Source of the DNA: the human T2T-CHM13v2.0 reference genome, Homo sapiens
Strand: one strand, 5' to 3'
Assembly: GCF_009914755.1 (NCBI RefSeq)
Contig: NC_060944.1
Length of the DNA: 64,000 nt
A program made the translations under genes and the position numbers. The notes under the pieces are model-generated. The model saw nothing but the letters and a program-made list of their open reading frames with translations, was not told the origin of the DNA and did no database searches. Positions 1 through 13,380 of the stretch are shown one piece after another; position 1 is the stretch's first letter, and every line of letters begins with the position of its first letter.

Positions 1-884
1 GTGACTCAGTTAAGCTCCCAGGATGAGCCAGCAGCAGAGCTAAATGAGACCCCAACACAAGACAGCTCCGGAAAAGTTCACAGACTGGAGTGGGACCAGC
101 CCAGGTTTGAATTCCAGCTCTGCAGCTATGAGCAATTTTCCAAGCACCATCTTCATTACAGCACCAAGAAGGAGATCCAATTAAGTGAGATAAGGATCAC
201 TGCGCAAAAGGCAGGCCCTGGCTGGTACCATGGCTGCTGTCACTGTTCCCGCTACTGTCCCCCACCTGGCCGGGGTGGGTGGACCCATCCCAGGACTTTT
301 TGTGGATGTGAGTTTAATTGAAGAGCCCAACGCTGTGTGGCTTCTCTGGCCTGCTGTGAAATCGCCCAGCCCACCAGGGAGCTGATCCGATGAGTTCCGG
401 TCCTCAAGTGTTCCCTGACCACTTATGCCCTGACTCAGCACCACTGTTATTTAGGGCATGCACAGGAATTAACCAACTGCTAAGACAGGATGGAAATCCT
501 GGAAAAGGAAAACAAGGAAATGTAGAGATGGCTTCCCTCCTGCCTCTGAGGCCCTCTCATGCTTCAAGCGGAGCTGTGTCCCTCCACCCTTGGCCAGCAT
601 GGGACCCACGCTGACCCCAGGCAGGGGAACACAGCAACAGAGAGCAAGCCGCACCGTGCATGGCACACCACACTGCCACTGAGCCCACTCTAACCATGTG
701 GCCCAGCTCCAGAGGTGGACTTTTCCTTGTGCCTTTGGAGGAGCCTCTGCCTTCTTATCCCTTCCAGACCAGGGTCTTGCCTCTTTCTGCAGCTCGGTAT
801 TTCCGAGAGCAAGAACATTCTCCTTCAGTGCCTGATGCTGCCCCTAGATCCTTGCTGCCCAGTCTTGGATTTCACTGATGGCAG

Positions 885-1215
885 TTATCAGTTTACATTG
901 GCTAGATTTAGGTTCAAGTGGCACAAATAGCAGTGGCTTAAACAAGATTGTCATGCATCCTTTGCATAAAGGAGGAACAAAGATAGGCGTCCCTTGGCTG
1001 ATGAGTCCAAAGTGTCAGGGACTTGCCTGTCTTGCTGCCCCACATACTGGGACAGAATAGCTGCTTAATCTCCAGCCATCACATCTACATTCTAGGCATC
1101 AATAAGGAGGCAGTTTTCTGGAAGTGCCATAAAACACTTCTCTTTACATCTCATGGCCGGAACTGAGTGGTATGGTCACATACAGCTGTAGGGGACACAG
1201 AAAATACGAGAAGGT
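885..1215 (-). mobile_element. Old MaLR solo LTR (MLT1-type), degenerate
   Basis: Motifs 'agtggcttaaacaagat', 'ctccagccatcacatctacattctaggc' and 'cacttctctttacatctcatggccggaactg...ggtcacatacagctgtagggg' resemble reverse-strand old MLT1 LTRs; ends approximate. Confidence 0.55.
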
Positions 1216-1420
1216 AAAAGTGGATGAGGGACAGCCATCACCATCTCGCAGTGGAAACCCAGGCCTCTTATTTGGTGTTGTGCTCTGTCTCCTGTTCCTA
1301 GATCGCCCCCATGCCAACCGCCCATGTCAACCTCTCCTGGTGGAGCTACTGGGACCTCCCCGGAGCCCAGGACCAGTCCCTGAGGGTCTTACTGTGCTCG
1401 GCTCCAAGCCTTCTCCAAGC

Positions 1421-1466
1421 CAACTCGAGCTGGTAAGGAAGGGGCCAGTTCAGAGCCATGGAGTCA
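1421..1466. repeat. 46-bp dispersed direct repeat, copy 1
   Basis: caactcgagctggtaaggaaggggccagttcagagccatggagtca; matches 2375-2420 at 45/46. Confidence 0.95.
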
Positions 1467-2374
1467 GGTGAGGGAACAAGAAGCCCTTTCTCAGCCTTGG
1501 AGGGTGGGGGCTGCACTCCATCTTGGCTCCCTGAGATCCAGGTGACCCCGGCTTGCCCACCAGGCAGCAGCTGCACACCTCCTGTTCCATCCTCCACCCA
1601 CACCTGCTTGGGAGTAGAAGCAGACCAAAGTCAGCCCCACCCCCGCCCTGCAGACCCATGCCAGTGGACCGATGGTGTCACCTTAGCAACTTGCCATGCA
1701 AACGTCTGACGAACGCCAGCTCCCCTCCATCCTGCCAGCTGCCACTTTCCACATGCATGCCACTTGCCCAGAGTTGGCCACATTTCCCATATGTGTGAAG
1801 GAAGCAAATCCCTGGACCCTGAATCTGTATCTAGGGTAGGGCCCAGGAATTAGCTGTATAAGAAGCACCCTCAGACCTCATTGTCATAAAACAAGATATC
1901 TGTGCAATCACCTTCACACGTGACTCCGCAGACCTCTCACAGCTCTTTTTGACAGGTCAGTACTGCCCGGCATCCTGCCTGGAGTCATAAAAATCCCCCA
2001 ATTGCCCATTCTGTAACCGTGAGCTGCTGTCAGCCTCTTCTCAGTGAGGAACTGACTTGACCCTCATTAGCAACTGCCAACTTAGTAAAGCCCATAAGAC
2101 TATTTAACGCCCTCCACTACCAATTAGTTATGAAGTGCCCCAAGAAGATGTTCTCATAATGCCCGTGGCTTGCATGGGTGCCCCTGGTGTATGTCAATAT
2201 ATGGGTCAAAGAGCCTTGATAATTTCACAGGATACCCCAAAGTTCACTTCATTAGCAAGCCTCATGCAAAGCAAGTCAGCAGCAGTAGCAGAGTAATTAG
2301 CAGCTCTAATTGAAAGACCAGCTCCCTAATAATCCTGCAGAGCCTGGCATCTGGGTCTCGTTGCTCCTAGAAGG

Positions 2375-2420
2375 CAACTCAAGCTGGTAAGGAAGGGGCC
2401 AGTTCAGAGCCATGGAGTCA
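2375..2420. repeat. 46-bp dispersed direct repeat, copy 2
   Basis: caactcaagctggtaaggaaggggccagttcagagccatggagtca; matches 1421-1466 at 45/46. Confidence 0.95.
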
Positions 2421-4947
2421 CCCCACACACTGGCAGCCCCGCGCTCCAGCACCCTGCTCAGAGCCAGGCAGGGTCGCATGTGAAAAATCTGTAACCCTCC
2501 TGTTTACTGCCTGTTTGTCCAGAGGCCCTCAGGAAGGTCCTGATTACAGAAGGGCTTTGATTTTTTTCCCACCCATGCTGTTTGACATATTTAACTTTGC
2601 AAGTATAAGATACATAGAAAACACAAGGCAGAAAATAGCTGATAGAATCACTCCTGTGTCTCCACACTACTTTGGGGGTCTCTGGTCCCATTTCTTGTTG
2701 GGTCAAGGTTTTTCTTGATTGGCGGGGTTGGGTTTTAGACACAGGAAGAAAAGTGAGTGGGTGGGTCAGCCTCTGAAGCCTCTCCAGCCTGGCTCTCCTT
2801 ATTACTTTGGCCCCAGACATTTGAAATCACAGTGTCATAAAAATTGACTGTTGCTCTCTACTTGGGAAGCAAGCTATAGCCCTGCCACCCTGCCCTCCTA
2901 GTGCCTGCTGCCACCTTGGAACTTAATGAGGCTTCTAGCAGCGAGTTCTCTCCTGCCCTCCACCTATGCCTGCCACACGTCAGGGTCCCTGCAGGACTTG
3001 GTGTCCACAGAGGACATGGAAGGCCAGGGGGCCTTGGAGAAGGTGCTCAGGGAACCAGTTAGCCACCTGACACTCAGCAGCACTGTCTTCCCATCCCTGG
3101 AGCCTTCTCTGACCACCGAGGCCTCCTTGACAGCCCCAAAACCTCCCTCCGAAGCCCTGGAGCCCCTGCCTGTGCATCACGTCACCCTTCCCAGCTCTGC
3201 GGGTCACTACCCTGTTCCCTGCTGTACCCCTACACCCCACACAGTGCTGCTGCAGGGCAGAGGAATGGAGGGCAAATACCCTTGTGAAGTACTCCCTGAG
3301 TCCTTTAACCACCATCAAGATCTGTTTAAGGGCAGCAGGAAAACCCAAGAATAAATACTACAGGTGAAGAAGTTATTTGTATTAAAATAAACATATTCAA
3401 CTCTGCATATCCAACACACCCTCTTCCATACTCATCCCAACACTACTCGGGTGTCTGTGCATATGAACCAGCTGATGTCGACCCTCCCGATCTGCAAGCA
3501 ATCTCACGGGCTGGGTCTTAGGCGTCCACACCTCAGCCATCTGACCTGCAGCTGAGAGGCTATCACCAGACACCTCCCTCCCGGGGCTGAGACCATGCCA
3601 TTGTTATCTGGGGTCAAAGCAGGTAGAGCCCAGTGCGGGGAGGGTGGGGCTGAGGGACAGGCTGGGAGAATGGGACCCCAACCCTTGAGCCAGAAACCTG
3701 GGGCCCTGGGCCATGCTCCTGGCCCTCATCCCCTTAAAATGCCACAGGCCGAGTGGACAAGTCTGCCAAATGACCCCAAGAGGGACAGCGCCCCAGGACA
3801 TGTCCCAGGGGCATCAGTAACAGCCTCTACTGCCCCCACCAGCTCCAGGCTGCTCAACCCCGCCTGACCCCACCCAGCCCTGGTCCTCTAAGACCAAGAA
3901 GGATGCTGGGGGCTGGGCCCACACTGTCCCCTGGTCCCCAGTCTGAAGAGGTGAGAGGGGGAGAAGGAAGGTGCAGCAGTCCCTACAGGTAACCAAAACG
4001 ATGCTTCTGTTCTCACCCAACCCGTCCTGTGGGGGAATGGGGAGGGGGTAGAGGGCTCAAGGGAACAGCCCAGCCCCAGGATGATTACCATCCTCTCCAC
4101 CTTCTTGTGTGTTTGATAATTTTACAATAAAATGTTGGGGTAGAGGGGAAGTATGATGAATAAAGGCTAGCCCTGAAGAATGAATATCTGTCCTAACCTT
4201 CAACTGAGCGACAAACCGTCCCATGGCCATGGCAAGGAGGCCTGGCCCTTCAATGCGTCCATCTGGCTTGCCAGCCAGAAGGGAATCCTGAGGCAGTAAG
4301 ATCTGCCAGCCAAACACTGTATAACAGAGGTGTTTTATCTCTTCCGTGCTCAGGCAAGGTCGTTGGATAGGAAGCGTGACCATGGGAATGCTGGGATGTC
4401 CAAGTGTTTTCTTAGTGTGGCGAGTGGATTTTCAATGGAATCCTTTCATCTTGTGAACTCCCACACAGGCGTCCACTACAGAAACTGGGGAAAGGCATCC
4501 CAGGTTTCTACAAGGAAGAGCCTGGAATTCTCTGCCTGCCCTCCCTGCAGGAGGCCTCCAGCAACACCAGTGAGAGCCACTGGCCTGCAGAGGCCTCTGC
4601 CCTTCGACACAGGGGCGTGCGGCTCGGCTGCCTCTCAGGCTTACCTGGCACCAGGTCTGGAGGCATAGCTGCCTGGGCCCAGAGCCAACCCCACCTATAT
4701 TTCATGGCCGTTGGGGGGCAGGCATTGCGTGGTGTCCACATGGACTCCAGGGGTCACGACAGCAAAGATCCAGTTCCTTGAAGCTGCCAAAGGACACAGC
4801 CAAGCAGAGGTTCTGCTGAGCAGAGGCCCTGTCCATCCTTCTCAGGGCTTCCTGTGAGCCCCAAATCCCCAGGGCCCTGGACATCCACACAGGTGCCCCT
4901 CAGCCCCACTCCACCGTCCCACACATGTTTGGAACAGGAAATTGTGT

Positions 4948-5263
<316 letters not shown>

Positions 5264-7404
5264 CGGAAATTGCTTTTTATGTGACACCGGGACTGAAATG
5301 CATCTTCCTTCAACGCTTCAGTACACTAGTCAAAATAAACACAGTTCACTGACATTTCCATTGTTCATAACAAAGCCTACCTCTGGAATACAGGCTCTTG
5401 GTTTAGGGTTTTGGTTTTGAGCCGGCTACCAGGGAATTCAATCAACCCTAAGTCCACAGGCTCAGAGCCCTGGAGACCCAGTGGAGCAGGGATACAGGGA
5501 GGGTTTTTCTCTTCCCAAGATGGAAAAGTGCTGGTCTGTGCATGTGTTCTGAAAGATGCAGTTCCACTGACACCTTCTCCTGCATCTCGAGGAGCTTGTG
5601 AATGCACACCCAGTGAAGAAAGACCCCCTTTCCGAGCTGCATTCAGATGATTCATGCATTCAGCGTGGGGAAGCCTGAGGCTGTGTCTGTGATGAGTGCA
5701 GACCTGTAACCACAGCAGCATCAAGACCAGGAGCTTTGGTGCATCTGGGCCCACCTTGGCCCCTGGCAGCACTGCTGGCAGGAGACCCGAGGGAGGCCAT
5801 GGCCTGGCACACCTGCCAGACCTGTACAGAGAGCCCAGCACAGGCGGAGCAGCCCTGGCTCCGTCACGGGCCTGCCTGAAGCCCCAGCAAGCAGGAGGAG
5901 CTGGAGAACAGAGCACTTTCTCCTCATTGTGCTCATCTGCAAAATGGGGCTAAGGGAGGAGGCCGCACGTTCTTTGTTTGTGGAGCACCTGCCATGTGTG
6001 CTGCTCCTGCAGCTGAGGAATCCACTGTAAAGACCACAAGTTCACTTCCACCTCACAATACCCATCCCCCAGAGATTCTCAGCTTGTCCCGCACTTTCGA
6101 AAGCTCTTCTGTCGTGACCTATGAGTAGAGAACAGTGAACACTCTATCATTATGGTTCAGACCAGGACACTTTCGAGAGCAGAAACACTGCCATTAGTCA
6201 CAGCGCTGGGGCAGCAGGCACGAACAAGGACTGTCCTGAGAAGTTGGTGTTGTCCGAGCCTGGGGCTTTGGAAAAGCCCTCTACAGCCCGAAAGCTCTCC
6301 CCTCCTTTTCTGTAGGACCTTTATCATGGTGCAGAGGTGTTAATGCCATAATCAGAAACGAGGCTTATAACACAAATACCCCTGGGAGAGGTCAGGAGCT
6401 GATCTGAGTTCCTGCCCACACTCAGGCTTTGATTGGCAGGGTCAGGGGGCACATAGTGAGAGAGGCACAGGGCCGGCCTAAAGGGAGAAATGCTGCGGAT
6501 ACACGAAACTGAGTCTGAAGACAAACCCCAGCCCCCTCCAGCCCCGAGTGCACTTACCTCTCAAAGTGTTTAGAGCCACCTGGCCCATCAACAGGAGTAT
6601 TTGAGATCAGTGAGAAGGTTCTGTCCATCCGTCCACACATGCTGGCATCTGAGCCTGGAAAGCAGGCCCTCACCCCTTCATTCCATGTGGCCTGAGGCTC
6701 CTGGCAGGCTGTCAGTTCTCATGGGGACCTCTGGCCTCAAGGCCCAGCAGGAAAAGCAGAGAGAGGCCACTTGCAGTGGGTCGCTGCTGCCCCACCCATG
6801 TGTCTTCACCTCCGCAGGCTTTGAAAAGGACACACACGTGTGAAGATAAAAGTTTCATTTAGTCATGAGCAGGTAACTGTGTCCTGTCTCTATTGGTGGA
6901 GGATGAGCAGGGCTTAGCAATAACCCTTTTTTAGGCTAACAGTTGCCAGGCCATCCCCACTCTTTGTTGGCTAAACTGTGGATGTCCTAAAGAAAACGGA
7001 GGACAAGAGGTTGAAATAAAGTAAACAAGGAGCAGTTAGAGTGGCCTCCAGAACCACCAGCCCAGAAGAGGAACTCTTGTCATTCTTAGGCCTACTCCAT
7101 GTGCCGCACCCAAGGTCAGAGCCTGCCTGGGACGTCACACACCCGGTGGTTTATTCAGGTGGAACACAAAGGCCTGGCCATTCAGACCCAACTCAAGGCA
7201 ACTCCCAGGAGTCATTCCGGCTCTAGAGCTCCATCACCAGGCCCCTGTGGCAGTTCTGCACATGGCTCCCCCTGATCCTGAGAGCCCTGCTTAGGAAACG
7301 CCTGCATGGCAACCTCCATCTCAGAGTCCACTTCCGGGGAACTTAACCTGCCACAGTAGGCACTCAAAGATGTGCTGACGGGTGATGTACTCAAGATGCC
7401 CTGT

Positions 7405-7515
7405 GTATGCATGCACATATGAATGCATGTGTCTGTGAGTGCAAGTGTGCATATTGCTACATGCACGTACAGGCACGTGTGTGTGCATATGTGTGCACAC
7501 GTCTCTGTGCATGCT
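7405..7515. repeat. Degenerate (TG/CA)n low-complexity tract
   Basis: Alternating tgtgtatgcatgcacat... sequence. Confidence 0.7.
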
Positions 7516-8789
7516 ACCTAATTGCCCTGTCTGGCAAAGTCTGGGTCCCCAAACAGAACGAACTGGTAAACATCCCACAGCACCAGCACTTCCCTGTGTC
7601 ATTTTTCCTGGCAATCCTGTGGCTTTAAAGATTTCAAATATGAAGAAAGTCCCAACCTCCTAAGAAACATCAGTCATGGTAAACCTTCAGCGTCTTGTGT
7701 CTTGTTTCACAATGGCTAATTCCCACTGCAGCTGGCCTCACCTGTGCAGGGACAATCTCGCAGCACCAGCTTGAAATTAATGTGAAGATTAATCAAAGGA
7801 CATCATTTCTCCAACGAAGCTTTGTGGAAATAAAATGGGCCTGTCAGAGCCCAACTTATTACAAATTCTTGATACAGACAAAAGGTGGTAGATTCATCTT
7901 GCTGCTCAGGCAGACACTCAGCAAAAAGGTTTTCATCAGCCGCTTCTTCCTAGAGCACACAAATCCGCGTGTCCTCCATGGGACGCAGGGAAGGAGCCAC
8001 AGGAGAGGCGATGACCTCAGAAAGAGATGGCAGTGTTGCAGTCACACAAACTAAGGACAGCACAGTGCAGGGAGCAGCCCCCTCCCTTCCCAGATGCAGC
8101 AGCTCCTGCCAATTTTCTCTGGAGTCCCAGCATGGGCAGCCCTGGGCCCCCACACGCAGGCAGAGCTATCCTGAAGGCCACACCCATTGCCCCAATCAAC
8201 CAACACCATCAGTGTGGCCAGCCAACGATGCCCAGGCCCCACGGCCCTGCTCCAAGCATTAGTCTGGTTGTATCCTCAGGAAGCTCTGAGTCCAGCAGAG
8301 GATCCCATTGAGTCAGCAAGGGGACACTGGGGGCTTCTGAAGCTCAGAAGAAAAGGCATCCAAGTGGCTTGGGAGCTTCAGAGTTTCCTGGGAGAGGGAG
8401 CATCTCACGGGACATGGCTCCTGTATGGGGTAGAAGCAATGGTGCAAAGACAGAAAGTATGGGACACATTTGGGAGTGTGGCAGACATCCAAGAAGCTGG
8501 TGTGCTTGGAGTGTAGAAGTCCAGGAGGCGTAGCTGAGGAATCAGCTGGCAGAGGTGCCAGGCAGTTGAGGGCGGGGGCCTGGGGCCGGCTGGGGGATCT
8601 GCTACTCCATCTCACACCAGCTCACCCTTGCACAACTTAACACAGAGAGCAGTGCACACTCCCAGTCCTGCCGCTGCTGAACGCTGGTCTGCTGGCCACA
8701 GCATGCTCTCAACTGTAGGCTGACCTTACTCCACGTGGCCTCTTCCTGCCATTAACATTCTGTCATTCTGTTTCCAGGGGAAAAACTTT

Positions 8790-9096
<307 letters not shown>

Positions 9097-9191
9097 TCCA
9101 GGGGAAGGACTTTATTGTAGCAAATTGTACAATAGCTTTCCAAAAAATACACGAACATAGGATACTTTAATGTGTAAGTACACTCTGGTTT

Positions 9192-9501
9192 TTTGTTTTT
9201 GTTTTTGTTTTTGTTTTCTGAGATGGAGTCTGGCTCTGTCGTCCAGGCTGGAGTGCAGTGGCATGATCTCCGGCCCACTGCAAGCTCTGCCTCCCAGGTT
9301 GACGCCATTCTCCTGCCTCTGCCTCCTGAGTAGCTGGGACTACAGGTGCCCGCCACAATGCCCGACTAATTTTTTGTATTTTTAGTAGAGACGGGGTTTC
9401 ACTGTGTTAGCCAGGATGATCTCGATCTCCTGACCTCGTGATCCGCCCGCCTCGGCCTCCCAAAGTGCTGGGATTACAGGCGTGAGCCACCGCGCCCAGC
9501 T
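9192..9501 (-). mobile_element. Alu SINE (AluY)
   Basis: AluY-type 'caagctctgcctcc...acgccattctcc' and 'gttagccaggatg...tgacctcgtgatccgccc'; TSD cactctggttt at 9181-9191 and 9502-9512. Confidence 0.95.
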
Positions 9502-9544
9502 CACTCTGGTTTTAAAATGCAAGTTTTGCCATGAGTTGAAGGTA

Positions 9545-9750
9545 GATTAGCTCTTGTGGTTTCTTCTGCTGTGTAACAAACCTCCTAAACCTTAGGGGCT
9601 TGAAACAAATCACTCATTATCCTTCTCACAGACTTGCAGTTTGGACAAGGTATGGCCGCTCTGTGTTCCTTAAAATAGGAGTCCAGTGAGTTTGGAGACC
9701 ATGAACAATTAATTCTGAGGCTGGCTGGTCTCAGTGGGCAGTGTGCTGGT
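9545..9750 (-). mobile_element. MaLR LTR fragment (MLT1-type)
   Basis: 'gctgtgtaacaaacctcctaaaccttaggggcttgaaacaa...ctcacag' matches the reverse 3' end of MLT1 LTRs. Confidence 0.6.
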
Positions 9751-10024
9751 TGTGGGGGCTGCAGGCTGTGAGATCGCATGGGAGACATGGGCTGTGTGAT
9801 CATGTGAGGACTGTGGGCTGTGAGATCACATGGGGGCTACGGGCTGTGAGATCACGTGGGGGCTGCGGGTTGTGAGATCCTGTGGGGGCTGCTGGCTGTG
9901 AGATCGCATGGGGACTGTGGGCTGTGAGATCGCGTGGGGGCCGTGGGCTGTGAGATCATGTGGGGGCTGTGGGCTGTGTGATCATGTGGGGGCTGCGGGC
10001 TGTGAGATCACGTGAGGGCTGCAG
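9751..10024. repeat. 26-bp minisatellite, about 10.5 copies
   Basis: Consensus gggggctgcgggctgtgagatcacgt repeated in tandem. Confidence 0.95.
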
Positions 10025-11152
10025 GGCACAGTGCAAGGCAAGCTCCTCAGGAGGCCCAGGGCAGGGCTCTGGGGACAGGGTGGGGTGAGGGTCACTAAGG
10101 TTGAGGGAGTACACTGATACACCTGGGTTGACATGGCTGTCACAGCCCTGCTGATGAGAGCTGAGAGGAAAATGGAAGGGGGAGAGATGAGGGGCAGAGC
10201 TTTGGCAAATTAGACAAGCTGGGCCTGCACACACTTCGTGGGGCCAGGAGGACGTGGCCCTACTTCTGATCTGCAGGGCTGCAGGGCAATGGGCCTCTAG
10301 GGGCAAAGCCAAGACTTGGGCACCCCATAAAAGAGGCAGGAGCATCCTGGGAAACGTTGAGGGTGTCAGGGATCATGTTCATGGTGTCACAGGAGCTACC
10401 CAGGACTCGGGACCCTTTAGCTGGGGTACAGAAGGGCTTTCACCTCGGGCGGGCACTGAGGTCAGCAGAAACATGAGATGTCGGGGTGAACGAGCACTGT
10501 GCTTCCAGCTGAGCCTCCGGTGCTAGGCTCTCTGATACCCAAACCCTCCCTGGACAGCGGCCTGCAGCGCGGGGAGATGGGCGGTGCTGTTCCCATCTCA
10601 TAGCAGAGGAATGGAGACCAGCACAGGGGGAGAACGTGTCCAGGGCTCCACAGCAGTAGGTGCTGGAGTCCTAAGAGGAAGTGCTGAGCAGTATCACGAT
10701 TCTCTGGCCTCTCAGATGCTATTCTCATCCCTGCCTCATTCCCAGAACTAGACTCCCTGGGGTCACGTCTCACTGGTGATGCTAAAATCCTAATTCCTCC
10801 CCGTCCCTGCACCTGCGACCTTCAGTGTCAATGGCCCTCCCTGGAGCTGTGGGGCGAGATCAGCTTCTTGCGAGGACGCTGAGCGAACATGGTCTCGCTC
10901 CTGTGATCTCGGCCCAAGCTGCCTTCAGGCCCTGGTGTGAAGAGACATCACACACACAGAAGGTGACTGATCTGTGGGCTCCAGAAGCAACAAGCTCACG
11001 AAGGTCAGGAAAGGCCAGAGAGCGGCTGCAGGTGAAAGGAGGCATGAATGCAGCGTGGGACTCCAAACCTGGACCCTGGCTATGAAGGACATGACTGAGA
11101 TGACTGGCCACACTCAAGGGGGCTGAGGACGGGCCGATTAAAGTGCTGAAAA

Positions 11153-11622
<470 letters not shown>

Positions 11623-11639
11623 AGTGTGTGTGCTAATTC

Positions 11640-11850
11640 CTCAATTTCGATAGCCACATTGTGCTCCCAGAGGAGTGTTTTTCTGTAGGGATTGCGTGAA
11701 TCACACACTAAGGCATTGGGAGTGATGGAGCGTTATGTTAGCAATTTAATTTTAAATGGTTCTGGGGAAAGTTCTCCATACTGTTCTTGCAATCTTCTTT
11801 TTAAGTTTGAGATTGTTTCAAAATTAAAAGTAAAAAAAAAAAAAAAATGT
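11640..11850 (+). mobile_element. Old L1M (MC/ME-like) 3' end fragment
   Basis: 'aaatggttc...tactgttcttgcaatcttctttttaagtttgagattgtttcaaaattaaaagt' followed by poly(A). Confidence 0.55.
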
Positions 11851-12451
11851 ATTGTCCATGGAGAGAAAGCCAGCTTTCCCTAAAGTGTGAACATAGAGAC
11901 GCCCCACCCTTTCCTAGGACAACCATGGCTGCTGCTGCTAACTGAGCCAGCTGAGTTCCAGGCGCAGTGCAGGCATCTGCTCCAGGCATGACTTGGTCAT
12001 CCTATGGGAGCTGGGGCAGGCACCAGACACACTTGCCTGAACACAGGAAATGGACTGGGAAGTGCAGGCCAAGGGATCTCCAAGCCCAGCTTCGGGAATC
12101 TGTCTCATTCCTGCTCCTCTGGGCTGAGGCTTTCTGGAGGCTGAATCTAGGCAGAACCCATAGGTGGGCAAATGTGATCTCAAGGCCCCACTGTGACTTG
12201 TGACCAGAGGAGCCTCTCCCTCAATATTATAGCAAGATTCTCAGGGACTCTGGATTGGGCTATGGCGGAACCAATCCGTGTGGCTGCTAGTGCAGAGAGG
12301 CACTCTGTTTGGGCATGCAGGGTCACATGCTTAGGGGAACCGCCCTACCCAGCCCACATGGCTTGAACTCTGAACCTGGTGGGTTGGTTAAGCCAACAAG
12401 GGGAAGGAGTCAGTGGAAGTGGGGTTGGGAAAGGGGGCCTCCATGTGTCTG

Positions 12452-13380
12452 CACCTGCCTGACACTACCTGCCCCATACCACACCCTCCTGACACTGCCC
12501 ACCCCTACCCCACCCTCCTGACACTGCCTACCCAATACCCCACCCTCCTGTCACTGTCTACCCAATACCCCACCCTCCTGACACTGTCTACCCAATACCC
12601 CACCCTCCTGACACTGTCTGCCCCATACCCCACCTTCCTGACACTGTCTGCCCCATACCCCACCCTCCTGACACTGCCTGCCCCATACCCCACCCTCCTG
12701 ACACTGCCTACCCCATACCCCACCCTCCTGACACTGTCCCATGCCTGCACCCACCTGACACTGTCTGCTTCATACCCCACCCTCCTGACACTGTCTACCC
12801 CATAACCTACCCTCCTGACACTGTCTGCTTCACATCCCACCCTCCTGACGCTGCCTGCCCCATATTCCACCCTCCTGATGCTGCCTGTGCCATACCCCAC
12901 CCCCCTGACGCTGCCTACCCAATACCCCACCCTCCTGACAATGCCTACCCCATAACCTACCCTCCTGACACTGTCTACCCCATAACCCACCCCCCTGACA
13001 CTGTCTGTCCCATACCCCACCCCCCTGACACTGTCTACCCCATACCCCACCCCCCTGACACCGTCTACCCCATACCCCACCCTACTGACATTGTCTGACC
13101 TATTCCCCACCCTCCTGACACTGTCTACCCCATGCCCCACCCTCCTGACATTGTCTGACCCATACCCCACCCTCCTGACACTGTCTACCCCATACCCCAC
13201 CCTCCTGACATTGTCTGACCCATACCCAACCCTCCTGACACTGTCTGTCCCATGCCTGCCCCCACCTGACACTGTCTACCTCATACCCCACCCTCCTGAC
13301 ACTGTCTGCCCTATAACCCACCCTCTTGATGCTGCCTGCCCCATATTCCACCCTCCTGATGCTGCCTGCCCCATACCCCA
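12452..13380. repeat. 30-bp minisatellite (VNTR-like), about 31 copies
   Basis: Consensus cctcctgacactgtctaccccataccccac; produces the repetitive PTLLTLSTPY and VRRVGYGVDS ORFs. Confidence 0.97.

Noticed and set aside
2-440. AP-1/ARE-like sites (tgactca at 2, tgactcagca at 431)
   Set aside because: 7-10 bp motifs recur across the window at frequencies compatible with chance; no supporting context
9751-10024. Regularly spaced repeats (also 12.4 kb and 37.3 kb) as possible CRISPR arrays
   Set aside because: Units are contiguous with no unique spacers, there are no cas genes, and the context is primate DNA
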